Shown: positions 30,827-44,620, numbered from the stretch's first letter. The stretch: DNA of 64,000 nucleotides from Eledone cirrhosa (GCA_964016885.1 OZ024741.1:38378001-38442000), one strand, 5' to 3'. Notes: generated by a model not told the origin, from the sequence alone. Translations and numbers: made by a program.

Positions 30827-31013
30827 TGATAATGATAATAATATCAGTAAGGAAAGGAAAACATTTAATTATGTGGTAAATGTAGATAAGTATGGATGTT
30901 AGATTCACACAGTGTAGATATTGGGTTGAGTTGGGGGGATTTAATAACATGGTATAGTGTTACTGACACACACATACACACATACACCGCATGAATATAT
31001 TATGTATGTATGC

Positions 31014-31124
<111 letters not shown>

Positions 31125-31169
31125 TATATGTGTGTTGGGGTGTGTGTGTGTATATCTGTCTCTTTATTG

Positions 31170-31210
<41 letters not shown>

Positions 31211-31224
31211 CATATATATATATA

Positions 31225-31328
<104 letters not shown>

Positions 31329-31350
31329 TATATATATATATATATATATA

Positions 31351-31510
<160 letters not shown>

Positions 31511-31808
31511 TATATATATATGAATTATTCATTCATTATCAGTATGGCGTTTGCGTTCCCTTAATCAATCAACTTACCTTAATCAATCAACAGTAAACAG
31601 TAAACTGGACCAAGAACACCACATGACTCGTACCTTTCTAACTATGATGTGTCCCAGTAGTCAAGTACACAATGGAGTGTTGGAATATTAATTCATTAAT
31701 ATATATATATATAAATATATATCGGTATGTGGTTGACGGTTGTGAGAAAAGAGTACTCAATACTGAAGTAGAGTTTTAATATTCATTTTATTAAGGTTAA
31801 ATTGTAAG

Positions 31809-31885
<77 letters not shown>

Positions 31886-31888
<3 letters not shown>

Positions 31889-32326
31889 GATATTAAACAA
31901 ATGGAAACTATATTTATAAAACCATATTTATTTCATTATACATATTTCAGGGATACCATATTAAAAATATGGCATGCCTTCGTCAGATAAAATACAATAT
32001 ATAAACAGTTTTATGAATAATTTTGACGTACCATAAATATAAGCGACCATTAAGAAAAGAGGCTGGCTTTCTTAACGGTCGCTTATATTTATGGTACGTC
32101 AAAATTATTTATAAAACTGTTTATATATTGTATTTTATCTGAAGAAGGCATGCCATATTTTTAATATGGTATCCCTGAAATATGTATAATGAAATAAATA
32201 TGGTTTTATAAATATAGTTTCCATTTGTTTAATATCGTATATCTACTCCAAAAACTTGTCGAGTGCTTTATATCGGTTATAAAATATTTACTTGTTGTAA
32301 CCCAACATTTTAAATAAAACTTTTGC

Positions 32327-32330
<4 letters not shown>
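31886..32330. mobile_element. Fold-back element (arms about 170 bp), family B, hammerheads at 31929-31994 (-) and 32131-32196 (+)
   Basis: tattttat CTGAAGA aggcatgccatatt..aatatggtatccct GAA ATATGTAT A atgaaata. Arms span 31886-32239. Confidence 0.85.
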
Positions 32331-32403
<73 letters not shown>

Positions 32404-32406
32404 GAG

Positions 32407-32574
32407 AGAAGAGCTTCTACAGGACTAGAACTGTTTCATTCGTCGCTTCCTGATGATTTCTCACGAATGAAACAGTTCTAGTCCTGTAGAAGCTCTTCTA
32501 TATTAAAACAGTTATACTCTGCTATGTATTGAGTACCTTACTTACTGTGGTTACGCCCGATTGAACCGGGGATA

Positions 32575-32575
<1 letters not shown>
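32407..32575 (+). mobile_element. Fold-back mini-element, family A, hammerhead at 32445-32493
   Basis: gcttc CTGATGA tttctcacgaat GAA ACAG ttctagtc CTGT A gaagc; 37-bp arms. Confidence 0.85.
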
Positions 32576-32623
<48 letters not shown>

Positions 32624-32757
32624 AGATAAATCTACCAAAATATACGGTAGTGTCCAATCCGTATGAAGAACTCAATGTAATCCAAATATCATGAAAAAAG
32701 AAAAGATGTATTCAAATTTTTTTCGATTAAAAACACAGGAAAACAGAGTCAAGATAA

Positions 32758-33032
32758 ATTAATAAAAATCATGAATAAAAACAAAGAAACAGTTCCTTAT
32801 ATTAAAAAATTCATCATTTTACGATCGTTTCTAGGATATATATGTGTGTGTTGGTATGAAGACAGCATATATATGTGTAGGTATGTATATTCCCTCTGAT
32901 AGTTTGTAAACATTTTACATAGATCTATATGATATACATACCAACACACACATATATATCCTAGAAACGATCGTAAAATGATGAATTTTTTAATATAAGG
33001 AACTGTTTCTTTGTTTTTATTCATTATTTTTA

Positions 33033-33037
<5 letters not shown>
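32758..33037. mobile_element. Fold-back element (arms about 110 bp) with only the 3' half of a hammerhead
   Basis: Arms at 32758-32868 and 32937-33037. GAA ACGATCGT A aaatg is present; no CUGANGA found. Confidence 0.7.
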
Positions 33038-33087
<50 letters not shown>

Positions 33088-33236
33088 GTTTAAATTTAAT
33101 GGTTTACCACTGGGTAGAATTGGTCATTCTGCAATGTTAATCATGGCATAATATGAGAAAAGCACTGGACGTTATGCAACTCATCCATCGTTGATGTTGA
33201 ATCATGTTGGTGGTGCAGGAAGGGAGTAAATGTATT

Positions 33237-33525
33237 ATAAAGTGAAGGAGGACAAGTATGTTGAGTTTCCTTAATTATTTATTTCTGTAAACACTATGCA
33301 CATATGGTTGTGTCAAAAACATAAAAAACACTCTTTTTCTTTTCAGTTTTTTCTTTGCTTGTTTCCTTAAAGTTTACCAACATTCCGTTGGTATACATCT
33401 ACTAAGCAATTTACACCTGAAGATGTCACCGTCTTCTTACGCAACCTGGCCACTGAAATATGCATAGTGTTTGCAGAAATAAATAGTTAAGGAAATATAA
33501 CTTACTTGGCCTCCTGTCATTTCAC

Positions 33526-33530
<5 letters not shown>
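33237..33530. mobile_element. Old fold-back element with hammerhead at 33413-33470 (+)
   Basis: acac CTGAAGA ... GAA ATATGCAT A gtgt. Diverged arms at 33237-33303 and 33459-33530. Confidence 0.7.
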
Positions 33531-33565
<35 letters not shown>

Positions 33566-33643
33566 GTGAGGTTTTTTTTACAAAATGAAAAATAACCGAG
33601 GTGTCCTACACGAGTGAAAGTATAAAGAAAAAGAGATGAAATC

Positions 33644-33892
33644 GAAAATGCAACTGAAGTCTTATTTTTTTTTAAAATATATATATTTATTTGGTTCCTT
33701 TACCGGTTTCGCAGTTCTTCTGCTTTTCAAAAGGTGAGTTGAGATGGAGGGTCTGTGGTTTTTAGATGTGAGAAAAACCACAGACCCTCCATCTCAACTC
33801 ACCTTTTGAAAAGCAGAAGAACTGCGAAACCGGTAAAGGAACCAAATAAATATATAGATTTAAAAAAAAAATAAGACTTCAGTTGCATTTTC
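33644..33892. mobile_element. Fold-back element (arms about 120 bp) with U3-A8 variant hammerheads at 33697-33734 (-) and 33802-33839 (+)
   Basis: cctt TTGAAAA gcag aagaa ctgc GAA ACCGGT A aagg. Confidence 0.85.
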
Positions 33893-33932
33893 ATATATAT
33901 ATAGTGTTATGCTTTGGGAACAAATTCAGAAA

Positions 33933-33965
<33 letters not shown>

Positions 33966-33969
<4 letters not shown>

Positions 33970-34381
33970 AAAGTTCTATTTAAAGGTGTTAGGATACAAC
34001 AAGTAAATATTTTTATAACTGATATAAAGCACTCGACACATTTTTGGAGTAGATATACGATATTAATAAATGGAAACTATATTTATAAAACCATATTTAT
34101 TTCATTATACATATTTCAGGGATACCACATTAAATTATGGTATGCCTTCATCAGACAAAATACAATATATAACAGTTTTACAAATAGGTTTGACTATCCA
34201 GACAGCCTCCAAAAGTAATGGTTGTATTTTAAAGGGTACGTCAAACCTATTTGTAAAACTGTTATATATTGTATTTTGTCTGATGAAGGCATACCATAAT
34301 GTAATGTGGTATCCCTGAAATATGTATAATGAAATAAATATGGTTTTATAAATATAGTTTGCATTTATTAATATCGTATAT
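33966..34381. mobile_element. Fold-back element, family B, hammerheads at 34098-34162 (-) and 34272-34336 (+)
   Basis: Arms at 34053-34194 and 34240-34381. Homologous to 31886-32330 but with a different inversion point. Confidence 0.85.
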
Positions 34382-34619
34382 ATATATAAAGAATGAATAA
34401 TAATAATAATATATATATATATATATATGCTTGTCTGTGTGTATTCGTATTTTTTTTCCTGGTTTCAGGCATTAGACTCCATCCACACACATATGCGCAC
34501 ACACACACATATATATATATATTCATGTATAAACACATTTTTGCATGTGTGTTTGTATGTTTATATATGCGTGTATGTATATATAGAATGACGTAAATTT
34601 AGCTATATAAACGTCAACC

Positions 34620-35773
34620 ACACAGCCAAACGACAAACAAGCCAGCCAGTGAACCAGCCAGCCAGCCAGTGAATCAGCAAGCCAGCCAGCCAGCCTGTGA
34701 ACCAGCCAGCCAGCCAGTGAGCCAGCCTGCTAGTGAGCCAGACAGCCAGCCTGTGAACAAGCCAGCCAGCCAGTGAATCAGCCAGCCAGTGAGCCAGCAA
34801 GTCACGCCCAGCCAGCCAGCCAGCCAGTGAGCCAGCCTGCTAGTGAGCCAGACAGCCAGCCTGTGAACCAGCCAGCCAGCCAGTGAATCAGCCAGCCAGT
34901 GACCAGCAAGTCACGCCCAGCCAGCCAGCCTGTGAACCAGCCAGCCAGCCAGTGAGCCAGCCTGCTAGTGAGCCAGAGAGCCAGCCTGTGAACCAGCCAG
35001 CCAGCCAGTGAATCAGCCAGCCAGTGACCAGCAAGTCACGCCCAGCCAGCCAGCCTGTGAACCAGCCAGCCAGTGAACCAGCCAGCCAGTGATCCAGCCA
35101 GCCAGCCTGTGAATCAGCCAGCCAGCCAGTGAACCAGCCAGCCAACCAGTGAGCCAGCCAGCCAGCCAAAGAACCAGCCAGCCAGTCAGTGAACCAGCCA
35201 GCCAGCCAGTGAACCAGCCAGCCAATCAGTAAGTCAGCCAGCCAGCCAAAGAACCAGCCAGCCAGCTAGTGAATCAGCCAGCCAGTGAGCCAGCCAACCA
35301 GTGAGCCAGCCAGCCTGTTAACCAGCCAACCAGCCAGTGAATCAGCCAGCCAGTGAGCCAGCAAGCCACGCCCAGCCAGCCAGCCAGTGACCCAGCCAGC
35401 CAACCAGTGAGCCAGCGAGCCAGCCAAAGAACCAGCCAGCCAGCCTGTGAACCAGCCAGCCAGCTAGTGAATCAGCCAGCCAGCTAGTGAATCAGCCAGC
35501 CAGTGATCCAGCCAACCTGTGATCCAGCCAGCCAGTGACCCAGCCAGCCAGCCAGTGAATCAGCAACCAGTGAGCCAGCCAACCAGTGAGCCAGCTAGTG
35601 AGCCAGCCAGCCAGCCTGTGAACCAGCCAGCCAGCCAGTGAGTCAGCTAGCCAATGAACCAGCCAGCCAGCTAGCCAGTGAACAAGCCCGCCAGTGATCC
35701 AGCCAGGCGGCCAGACAGTGAACCAATTAGCCAGCCAACCAGTGAGTCAGCTAACCAGCTAACCAGTGAACCA

Positions 35774-35805
<32 letters not shown>

Positions 35806-35820
35806 TGAGTCAGCCAGACA
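34620..35820. repeat. (CCAG)n-based cryptic satellite with higher-order units
   Basis: CAGCCAGCCAGTGAAC repeats; marker GCAAG(T/C)CACGCCCAGCC recurs near 34797, 34906, 35031 and 35361. Confidence 0.92.
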
Positions 35821-36172
35821 GTGAACACGCTAACTAACCAATCAAACTACCAACCACCCAAACAACGAAACAATTCGCGTCTGAGAATGAAAGCAACAAG
35901 AAACAAAAGGGACAGACAGGTAGACAGACATACGTCCGGCTTCCACGGTATTTCAAAGAAAGGAAAGTGCCGCGAGCCATGTAAAGAAAACCTGAAGGTA
36001 TAAAGTTGAACAATCTGTGGAACGCCAGCAAAAACAATAGCAACAACAACATCAACAACAACGGCAACAACAATTATAAAACAAAACAAACGTCAAACTC
36101 ACATTACAACTAGTTTATGCGAAAGTCGTATACGTATATATGCATTACTAGTTTTGTGTGACTTTCAGCAAG

Positions 36173-36265
<93 letters not shown>

Positions 36266-36323
36266 GTGTGTATATATATATGTGTGTGTGTGTGTATGTA
36301 TATATATATATATATATATACAT

Positions 36324-36456
<133 letters not shown>

Positions 36457-36539
36457 TAGATAGATGTACATATATATATGTATACATATATATATATCTA
36501 TACATACATACACACATATATATATACATACATATACAT

Positions 36540-36570
<31 letters not shown>

Positions 36571-36690
36571 CACATATACATACACACATACACACACATA
36601 TATATATATATATATATACATACATACACACACACACATATATATACATACATATACGTACACACATATAGATATATGTACATCTATCTA

Positions 36691-36799
<109 letters not shown>

Positions 36800-37224
36800 A
36801 TGTATATATATATATATATATATATATGTACGTGTGTCTGTGAGAACATACATGTGTGTATGTGGAAATATTTGTGTGTATACGTATGTATGTGTATGTA
36901 TGTGTGTGTGGTTGTGCATTTCTGGCTGGGGTTAGTGGTAGAAGTAGTGGGGGGTTGGCGGCAGTCATGTGATGTGACACATTGCTTGTGTCTTTTTGAC
37001 ATTGCTTTCACTGATGGCTGCGTTGAGAATGGGACTGAATAAATCTATTGTTTGCCTGTTTCTTGGTCAATTACAGTCACGTTACCTCTGTGTACCTCTA
37101 AATACATACTCTTTAACATAGCTTTCCCCTCAACCTCTCTGCTTCCCTCACTCCTTTCATAAAACAGTTGCCATCTATCTGACATGGTCTTATGGACTTT
37201 GATGTCTATATATATATTATTATT

Positions 37225-37405
37225 TAGCAGTATCGGTAGAGGGTCGGACGCCATGCTTTCTAGCATAGAGTTACGGCCCTTGCCATTCTGATTTCAAATC
37301 CCAACGAGGTTAACTTTGCCTTTCATCCTTACGGGGTCGATAAAATAAAGTACCACTAATGCACTGAGTAATTGCTGGCCTTGTGCCAAAAGGTAGAAAC
37401 AATTA
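37225..37405 (+). mobile_element. tRNA-derived SINE (same family as the arrays)
   Basis: TAGCAGTATCGGTAGAG..TTTCAAATCC..TTTCATCCTTACGGGGTCGATAA..GGCCTTGTGCCAAAAGGTAGAAACAATT. Confidence 0.9.
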
Positions 37406-37581
37406 TATATATTACATTATATATATATGTATATATTCACATATGTGTGTGTTTGTCTGTGTGTGTGTATATATATATATATATGTATGTATGTATATGT
37501 ATATATATATGTGTATACATATGTACATATATATATATATATATGTATGTATATATATGTATATATATATGTGTATACATA

Positions 37582-37637
<56 letters not shown>

Positions 37638-37719
37638 TAGATATATATATATGTATATATATATGTATAATATATATGTATACATATATATACATATGTA
37701 TACATATATATATATATGT

Positions 37720-37800
<81 letters not shown>

Positions 37801-37802
<2 letters not shown>

Positions 37803-38812
37803 ATCAAGGTTTAGCAAATAATGAAAAAGTTTCAAAATAAATTTTAAAAAATTAACTTTACTTACTATAGTTACCTTTACCGAATCGGTTTCGAATCTCA
37901 AAAATAAACGGAGACCATACGGCCTTCGTTGCAAAGAAAGATTCTCGTCAGGAGGTTCTTTTCATTCGAAGAATATAAAATTCTTGAATTTAAATTACGA
38001 ACTAGCGCTATCCAAAACTGTTCCCGAGATGAGAGTAAATGAAGTGGAATTAATTTTTTCAAGGGCCGAAGTAAAGATAGAGGCAGAGGGAAGAAGGTCA
38101 ATCGGCCACCACTATCGCTAGCAGCAGTCGGAACGACCAAATTTTTTCTCAACATAGAGGAGTAGAGTAATAATAGGATATGTGTTCCTACACGCACAAG
38201 GCGCTAAGGGACACATGTATTGTCCAACCATATGCCAATATGGTTCAATGGCAGGTTAATAATTTAACGAGCCAGAACATATATAATCAAGGTTTAGCAA
38301 ATAATGAAAAAGTTTCAAAATAAATTTTAAAAAATTAACTTTACTTACTATAGTTACCTTTACCGAATCGGTTTCGAATCTCAAAAATAAACGGAGACCA
38401 TACGGCCTTCGTTGCAAAGAAAGATTCTCGTCAGAAGGTTCTTTTCATTCGAAGAATATAAAATTCTTGAATTTAAATTATGTTGAGAAAAAATTTGGTC
38501 GTTCCGACTGCTGCTAGCAATAGTAGTGGCCGATTGACCTTCCTCCCTCTGCCTCTATCTTTACTTCGGCCCTTGAAAAAATTGATTCCATTTCATTTAC
38601 TCTCATCTCGGGAACAGTTTTGGATAGCGCTAGTTCGTAATTTAAATTCAAGAATTTTATATTCTTCGAATGAAAAGCAACTTCTGACGAGAATCTTTCT
38701 TTGCAACGAAGGCCGTATGGTCTCCGTTTATTTTTGAGATTCGAAACCGATTCGGTAAAGGTAACTATAGTAAGTAAAGTTAATTTTTTAAAATTTATTT
38801 TGAAACTTTTTC

Positions 38813-38816
<4 letters not shown>
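37801..38816. mobile_element. Family C tandem (483-bp period) plus inverted insertion, three hammerheads: 37873-37956 (-), 38356-38439 (-), 38679-38762 (+)
   Basis: 37801-37995 is repeated at 38284-38478; 38479-38816 is the reverse complement of about 37819-38156. The translated remnant REQFWI resembles a GIY-YIG C-terminus. Confidence 0.85.
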
Positions 38817-38905
<89 letters not shown>

Positions 38906-38968
38906 ATGCATATATATATGTATATATATATACATATATATATATACATATATATATACACACACATA

Positions 38969-39006
<38 letters not shown>

Positions 39007-39238
39007 AGCAGAAGGGATATTCAATTTGTTGGTAATTCAACAAATATAAATGTTTATATCTGATTCAGAGCACTCGACAGTTTTTCTAGAGTATAATATT
39101 CAATGATATTAAATAAATGGAAACTATATTTATAAAAGCATATTTATTCTATTATATATATTTCAAGGGTACCAAATATATATATGTATGGATATATATA
39201 TATATGTCTAAATATATATATATGTGTGTGTGTGTATA

Positions 39239-39296
<58 letters not shown>

Positions 39297-39539
39297 TGTG
39301 TGTGTTTGTGTGTATATATATATATATAAATATATGTATATTTTAACTTTAATTATATTTCATATAAAATAATACAACTGGCTTTCCACAAAATACATAT
39401 AGTTAGCAACCCAAACACTTAATTGGGTTTATACTAACGTATAACCTAATGTTTGTTGAGTGAGATGGTTACCAGTCAGAGTTTAGCTTAAAGCTATCTC
39501 TGTTATTGTATTAAATATGTATATATATATATATATATT

Positions 39540-39592
39540 GTAAGTATGTATGTATACGTACATACATATATGTATACAGACGTACAGTAGCA

Positions 39593-39668
<76 letters not shown>

Positions 39669-40108
39669 CAGGTACACATACATATATGCACGCATCAGTT
39701 TAGCGGACGCTTATTATAACGCCGCTTTGTTCGTTTGTAAACAAACTGAACAGTCTGAATTTATGCCATACGGTGTTAAGGCAACCACGTCACCTTTTTG
39801 TTCAACACTGACACAGGAACGATGTACTAGTTTCAAGCTTGTTAGCTATCATCAGCACCGTATACCCATCTGCCAGATAGTTGAACGTTCGAAAGTATAT
39901 ACTTTCCTTATGAAAATTAACGGCTGAGCAGCCTAATTTGCATATTGAGTGAGTTAAATCGGTCAGGCATACCGAAAACGATAAGTTGAAATAAAATGAA
40001 AACGGAATTTCATTTCTCACTCTTAGTATGGCACTTACTTAAATGTAAGTATGTATGTTATAATAAGCGTCCGCTAAACTGATGCGTGCATATATGTATG
40101 TGTACCTG

Positions 40109-40156
<48 letters not shown>

Positions 40157-40260
40157 TGCTACTGTACGTCTGTATACATATATGTATGTACGTATACATT
40201 CATACTTACATTTAAGTAAGAGTGAGAAATGAAATTCCGTTTTCATTTTATTTCAACTTG
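39540..40260. mobile_element. Tandem/inverted mini-element, family D, hammerhead at 39819-39861 (-)
   Basis: acggtg CTGATGA tagctaacaagctt GAA ACTAGT A catcgt. 39541-39719 is inverted at 40058-40208. Homologous to 56547-57260. Confidence 0.8.
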
Positions 40261-40266
40261 TATATA

Positions 40267-40356
<90 letters not shown>

Positions 40357-40435
40357 TATATATGTATATATACATACATATATATATCTATATCTATATA
40401 TATATATATATATATATGTATACATATATAAATGT

Positions 40436-40505
<70 letters not shown>

Positions 40506-40952
40506 CGAAGGAAATGTGCTAAAGAACCAGGTGGACCATAACGCACCAAAGTTTATCCAGTATTTGTTTCCTCTTTTTCCCTTTTTTTTTTGGGGGGGGG
40601 GGCGGGGCGGGGTCTGTATTAATTTTCCGTTCTTTACTTTTACTTCGTACGATCTTTCATGTAGCTTGTATAAGACTTTTTGTTTCGTGGCGGTACCCTC
40701 AGAGTTAGCACGAGTATTTTTTTGCGGGACCCTGAATTATATTCTCGTACTAGTTTACTTTCTTGCTCTGGGTGGTTGCTGGCCCTGTGATTGGGGTAGA
40801 AACCTTTATTATTTCGTGGTAGTCTCTTTAGTATTTTGGCCCCCCCCCCCCCTTGTTGACCCGTCACCGTACGATACACGCACTTATACCTCGTATAAGT
40901 GTCCCTTTATTTCCGTCCTACCTATTTTATTTTTATTTATTTTTTATTCTTC

Positions 40953-40997
<45 letters not shown>

Positions 40998-41386
40998 ATT
41001 TATTTATCTATTCTTTTATTCACTGATTTGTTTAATTATTTATTTATGTATTTCTTTAGCCTAGCAATAGCGAGAGACTTAAGTCTTAGTAACCAGACTT
41101 TGCTTATTTTTTTTCTCTCTCAGCACTTTTTATAGTTTTACCCTCCATTGTTCTACTTATCGTTTCGACTTCCTCCCCCTCCCCCTCCTCAGTATCCTCT
41201 TTGACCTCACACCCAGCTGTAGCCGGCACCACCAACGCATGAATGGGTCTACTCCACCCCCTCTCCCTTCTTCTCCTACCGGCAGGTTCAGCTACCCCTT
41301 CCCCCACCAATTTGCCATCACAGATTTACTACTAACTTGTGATGTGACCAATCCTGGTGATTATCTCTTTGACCATATATGGAATT

Positions 41387-41480
41387 ACCCCTTGATAAGC
41401 TCGGCTATTTAAATACCAGAATCAATTTTCATTCAGTCCAGAATTAGCCGTCGAAACGGCTTGAGCTCAGCCGTCGGGGT
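41387..41480 (+). ncRNA. U3-A8 variant type-I hammerhead with long stem III
   Basis: acccc TTGATAA gctcggcta..tagccgtc GAA ACGGCT tgagctc AGCCGT C ggggt. Same family as the hairpin at 63015-63134. Confidence 0.75.
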
Positions 41481-41490
41481 CTTACTTGTT

Positions 41491-41536
<46 letters not shown>

Positions 41537-41540
<4 letters not shown>

Positions 41541-43284
41541 TTGCGAGGTTTTTGATATGAAATCGTGTGTCGAAACAAATATTGTTATACTTGGAGAGGA
41601 TCATATTATTGTAATAATATTGCCAGAATTAATAACAGAACACACTCACTGTTTGGTTGGTTTTCGTTTCTGTATCTTTTATATCAGTTAATTTATTCGG
41701 TCCTCAATGTTCACCAACGGTCAAAAATATAATATAGACACAAACACATATATATAGTCTACCAAAGTTCTTTCGTTGCACATCTGCAATATCATCAGTG
41801 GTACTATTATGTTCCTCCTGTTGTATTGTATGTCTACGCCATCTTTATTTAATCTGTTTATTTATTTATTTATTTTTATTTTCTTATCTGCGCATGCGTT
41901 TGCGTGTGTGTTTAGTTTTCGCGTTTGGGTGACTGTATTTTGGTTATTGTATTCTATCTTAGTTTACTAGTGTGTGTTTACATGTGTTTGTTGTTATTGT
42001 GCTTGTGTATATATTTATTTATTTATTTATTTATATTTCTCTTAGGTCAGTATTGTTTGTTTGGGTGTTGTTGTTATTCCATTCATTTTTTCTGTTTAGC
42101 TTTGTCCTTCTAAGTTCTATTTCACTCGCCTCTCTGATTTGCCTATCAGCTGGGTCATTTCTATGTTTAGATATTATTCTAATTTCTATGTTGTCTATGT
42201 TACCGTCGGGTTGTTGTCTGGCATTTTCGTATAGTACTGAACCGTTTTTTCATCCTTTTAGTTCCCCCCAGTGTTGGTCTATCCTTTCACCTATGCTACG
42301 AGCTGTCTCGCCTATGTATGTTGTTGTCATGTTTCTGCAAGTACCCTCTGTACATCTTATGCTATAGACTACGTTTCTAGTTTTACAGTTTATCCGAGGT
42401 TTACTTTACATATAATACTTTTCCTTTTAGTACAGTGGGTTTTCTTAAAAGGGTATGTTTTGCTGATCAGGGATTTTTTGGTGGTTCCTGGCTTTTGTTC
42501 CACCTTAATCTTTAAGTGGGTCTTTCTCAGGGCCTTTCTACACTGGTTAGCTAATTTCCCTCCGGGGGTATCGTCTACAAACATGACACTCTGGTATCTC
42601 TGGTTGTTGTACCATGAGGTGGCTTTCCCTATCTTATGTTTAGTCCTATCTAAGCTATTCCATGATTTGCTCCTGTATAATGGGCAAATTCCTTTCATGT
42701 CCCGTTCTATGAGGGTCTTATACTTCTCCGTGGCTCCTTCGTATACTCTGATTCTGTCTCTGCAGAGAACTGCATGCGGTTGATGAAGTGTTGGATGTGT
42801 CTTTCCATTTCTGTTGGGTCGCACATGCGGGACACGTTCTTCATCACTCGTACCAAGTCTGCGATCAGAATATTAAACTTAGCACTACTGGACATTGCTG
42901 AGTTTTTTAGTATCAGGTATTTGGAGGCCATGGGTTTAGCGTAGTCTGAGTGGAGAATGAGGGCTTTCTCGTCTATAGTGTTAATCCAGAGTTCCTAGTC
43001 TAATACAGGTAATCTATTGTTAGGGTGTTTGGAAGGGTAGTCGATAGTTACAGTTATACTCTGGTGTATGGAATTAGCTATCTGCTGGATGCTTTCCATT
43101 GTGCTACATTCTAAATCATACTTGTTAGTACTCTCTAGTGGTTGGTCAGTAAATGGTAAACATTGAGGACCGAATAAATTAACTGATATAAAAGATACAG
43201 AAGCGAAAACCAATCAAACAGTGAGTGTGTTCTGTTATTAATTCTGGCAATATTATTACAACAATATGACCCACCCCAAGTATA
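41537..43284 (-). mobile_element. 5'-truncated PLE (second family) with inverted terminal segment; hammerhead at 41760-41803 (-)
   Basis: RT thumb ITVTIDYPSKHP..RLPVLD and GIY-YIG VVYSIRC..YIGETARS. 41586-41716 is inverted at 43154-43284. Ribozyme: tacca CTGATGA tattgca gatg tgcaac GAA AGAACT T tggta. Confidence 0.85.
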
Positions 43285-43287
43285 TCC

Positions 43288-43321
<34 letters not shown>

Positions 43322-43654
43322 ATATATATACATGTATACATACATACATATATATATGTATATATGTGTATTATATATATACATACATAACTATATACAC
43401 ACATGCATAATACCTAAATACATACATTTATACATATAATCATATAGGCATATATACATGTGCACATACATACTTATATATATACATACATGATGGGTGC
43501 TACTCGATTTCGAGTATTGCTATCGCTTGATACTTAAGCATGAACAGCACAGACGTAGCTTTTTAGTCCTCCTAAGGACTTGCCTACCGCCAGCTATTCC
43601 ATGAAACACAAAATATGTCATGTTTCAAGGAACACCTGTGCTTGAAGCTTTTTT

Positions 43655-44345
43655 TAAGTGGGGAAAGGCTTACATACATAAATGTACAATTCATTAATGG
43701 AACAGAAAATATGTAAAACATTCCAAAACTTCTGCTTGTAATAACTACATATACACTTATGTTTTGTATCTGTACAACTACATATATACTTATACAGATA
43801 CAAAACATATACACATGCACACATATAACAGAAAACATCCATATCCACACATGCAATTACATCCATATTCGCGCATACATATCCGCATGCAGACATGCAT
43901 ATATATCTACCTAGTTGATGTTGTTTATATTTCAATGAGTCTTGTGTCTATCTTAGAAACCGACACTCTCTCTATTGGTAAACATTTATAAAATGATAAA
44001 ACCATAAGAACATACATACATACTTACACACACACACAAACATACATACACACATACATATATGCACAAGTATAGAGATGATGTATATGTTGGGACTGAT
44101 GACTCAAAGGAATACTGATGGAACCTAAAAATTAAAACCACTAGTAAATTAAAACAAAATCAACCTGATATTATTGTTTGGGACCACAGATTAAAAACAT
44201 GATTTATTGTAGAAATCAGCTGTCTAATCGATGTCAATGTAGTAAGAAAAAATACTAGAGAAGGAGGATATCTACGGACCATTGGTGAAGAGTGTGTGGT
44301 CTCTGTAACCAGAATACACAATCATTTTCACATTATTATTGAATC
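43655..44345 (+). mobile_element. R4/Dong-like 3' end with (CATA)n tail, followed by an endonuclease fragment
   Basis: Homologous to the 3' UTR at 54590-54880; the fragment reads NQPDIIVWD..VEISC. Confidence 0.7.
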
Positions 44346-44364
44346 CCCAGGATTGCCCCACCTT

Positions 44365-44620
44365 GCGGCACGTTGTGTCCTCGAGCATGACATTTTATTT
44401 CACGTTGCTCCTGTACTCTCAGGAGGAAAAATTAGTTGCGATGACTGTCGTGTTAAGTTGTATTGACTAGTTCCTTCACCTGGACAATGGTTGGTTGCGT
44501 GTTGAGGGGAGACAGATATGCTCCAGTAACTAATGCCGGTCTTTCACAAAACACCTGCTTGGGCTCATGTCCCGGAGAACTTTTCAGGTGCAAACCCATG
44601 ACTGAATGTTAACAACCAAT
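44365..44620 (+). mobile_element. Degraded SINE (second family)
   Basis: CGTTGTGTCCTCGAGCATGACATTTTATTTCACGTTGCTCC; similar to 55585-55835. Confidence 0.55.

Noticed and set aside
34603-35225. WLAG-repeat ORFs
   Set aside because: Translation of the (CCAG)n satellite.
37045-37266. Possible host exon (DIKVHKTMSDRWQLFYE...) on minus
   Set aside because: The ORF start lies inside a SINE, and there is no recognisable domain or convincing splice pair. It needs RNA-seq or tBLASTn.
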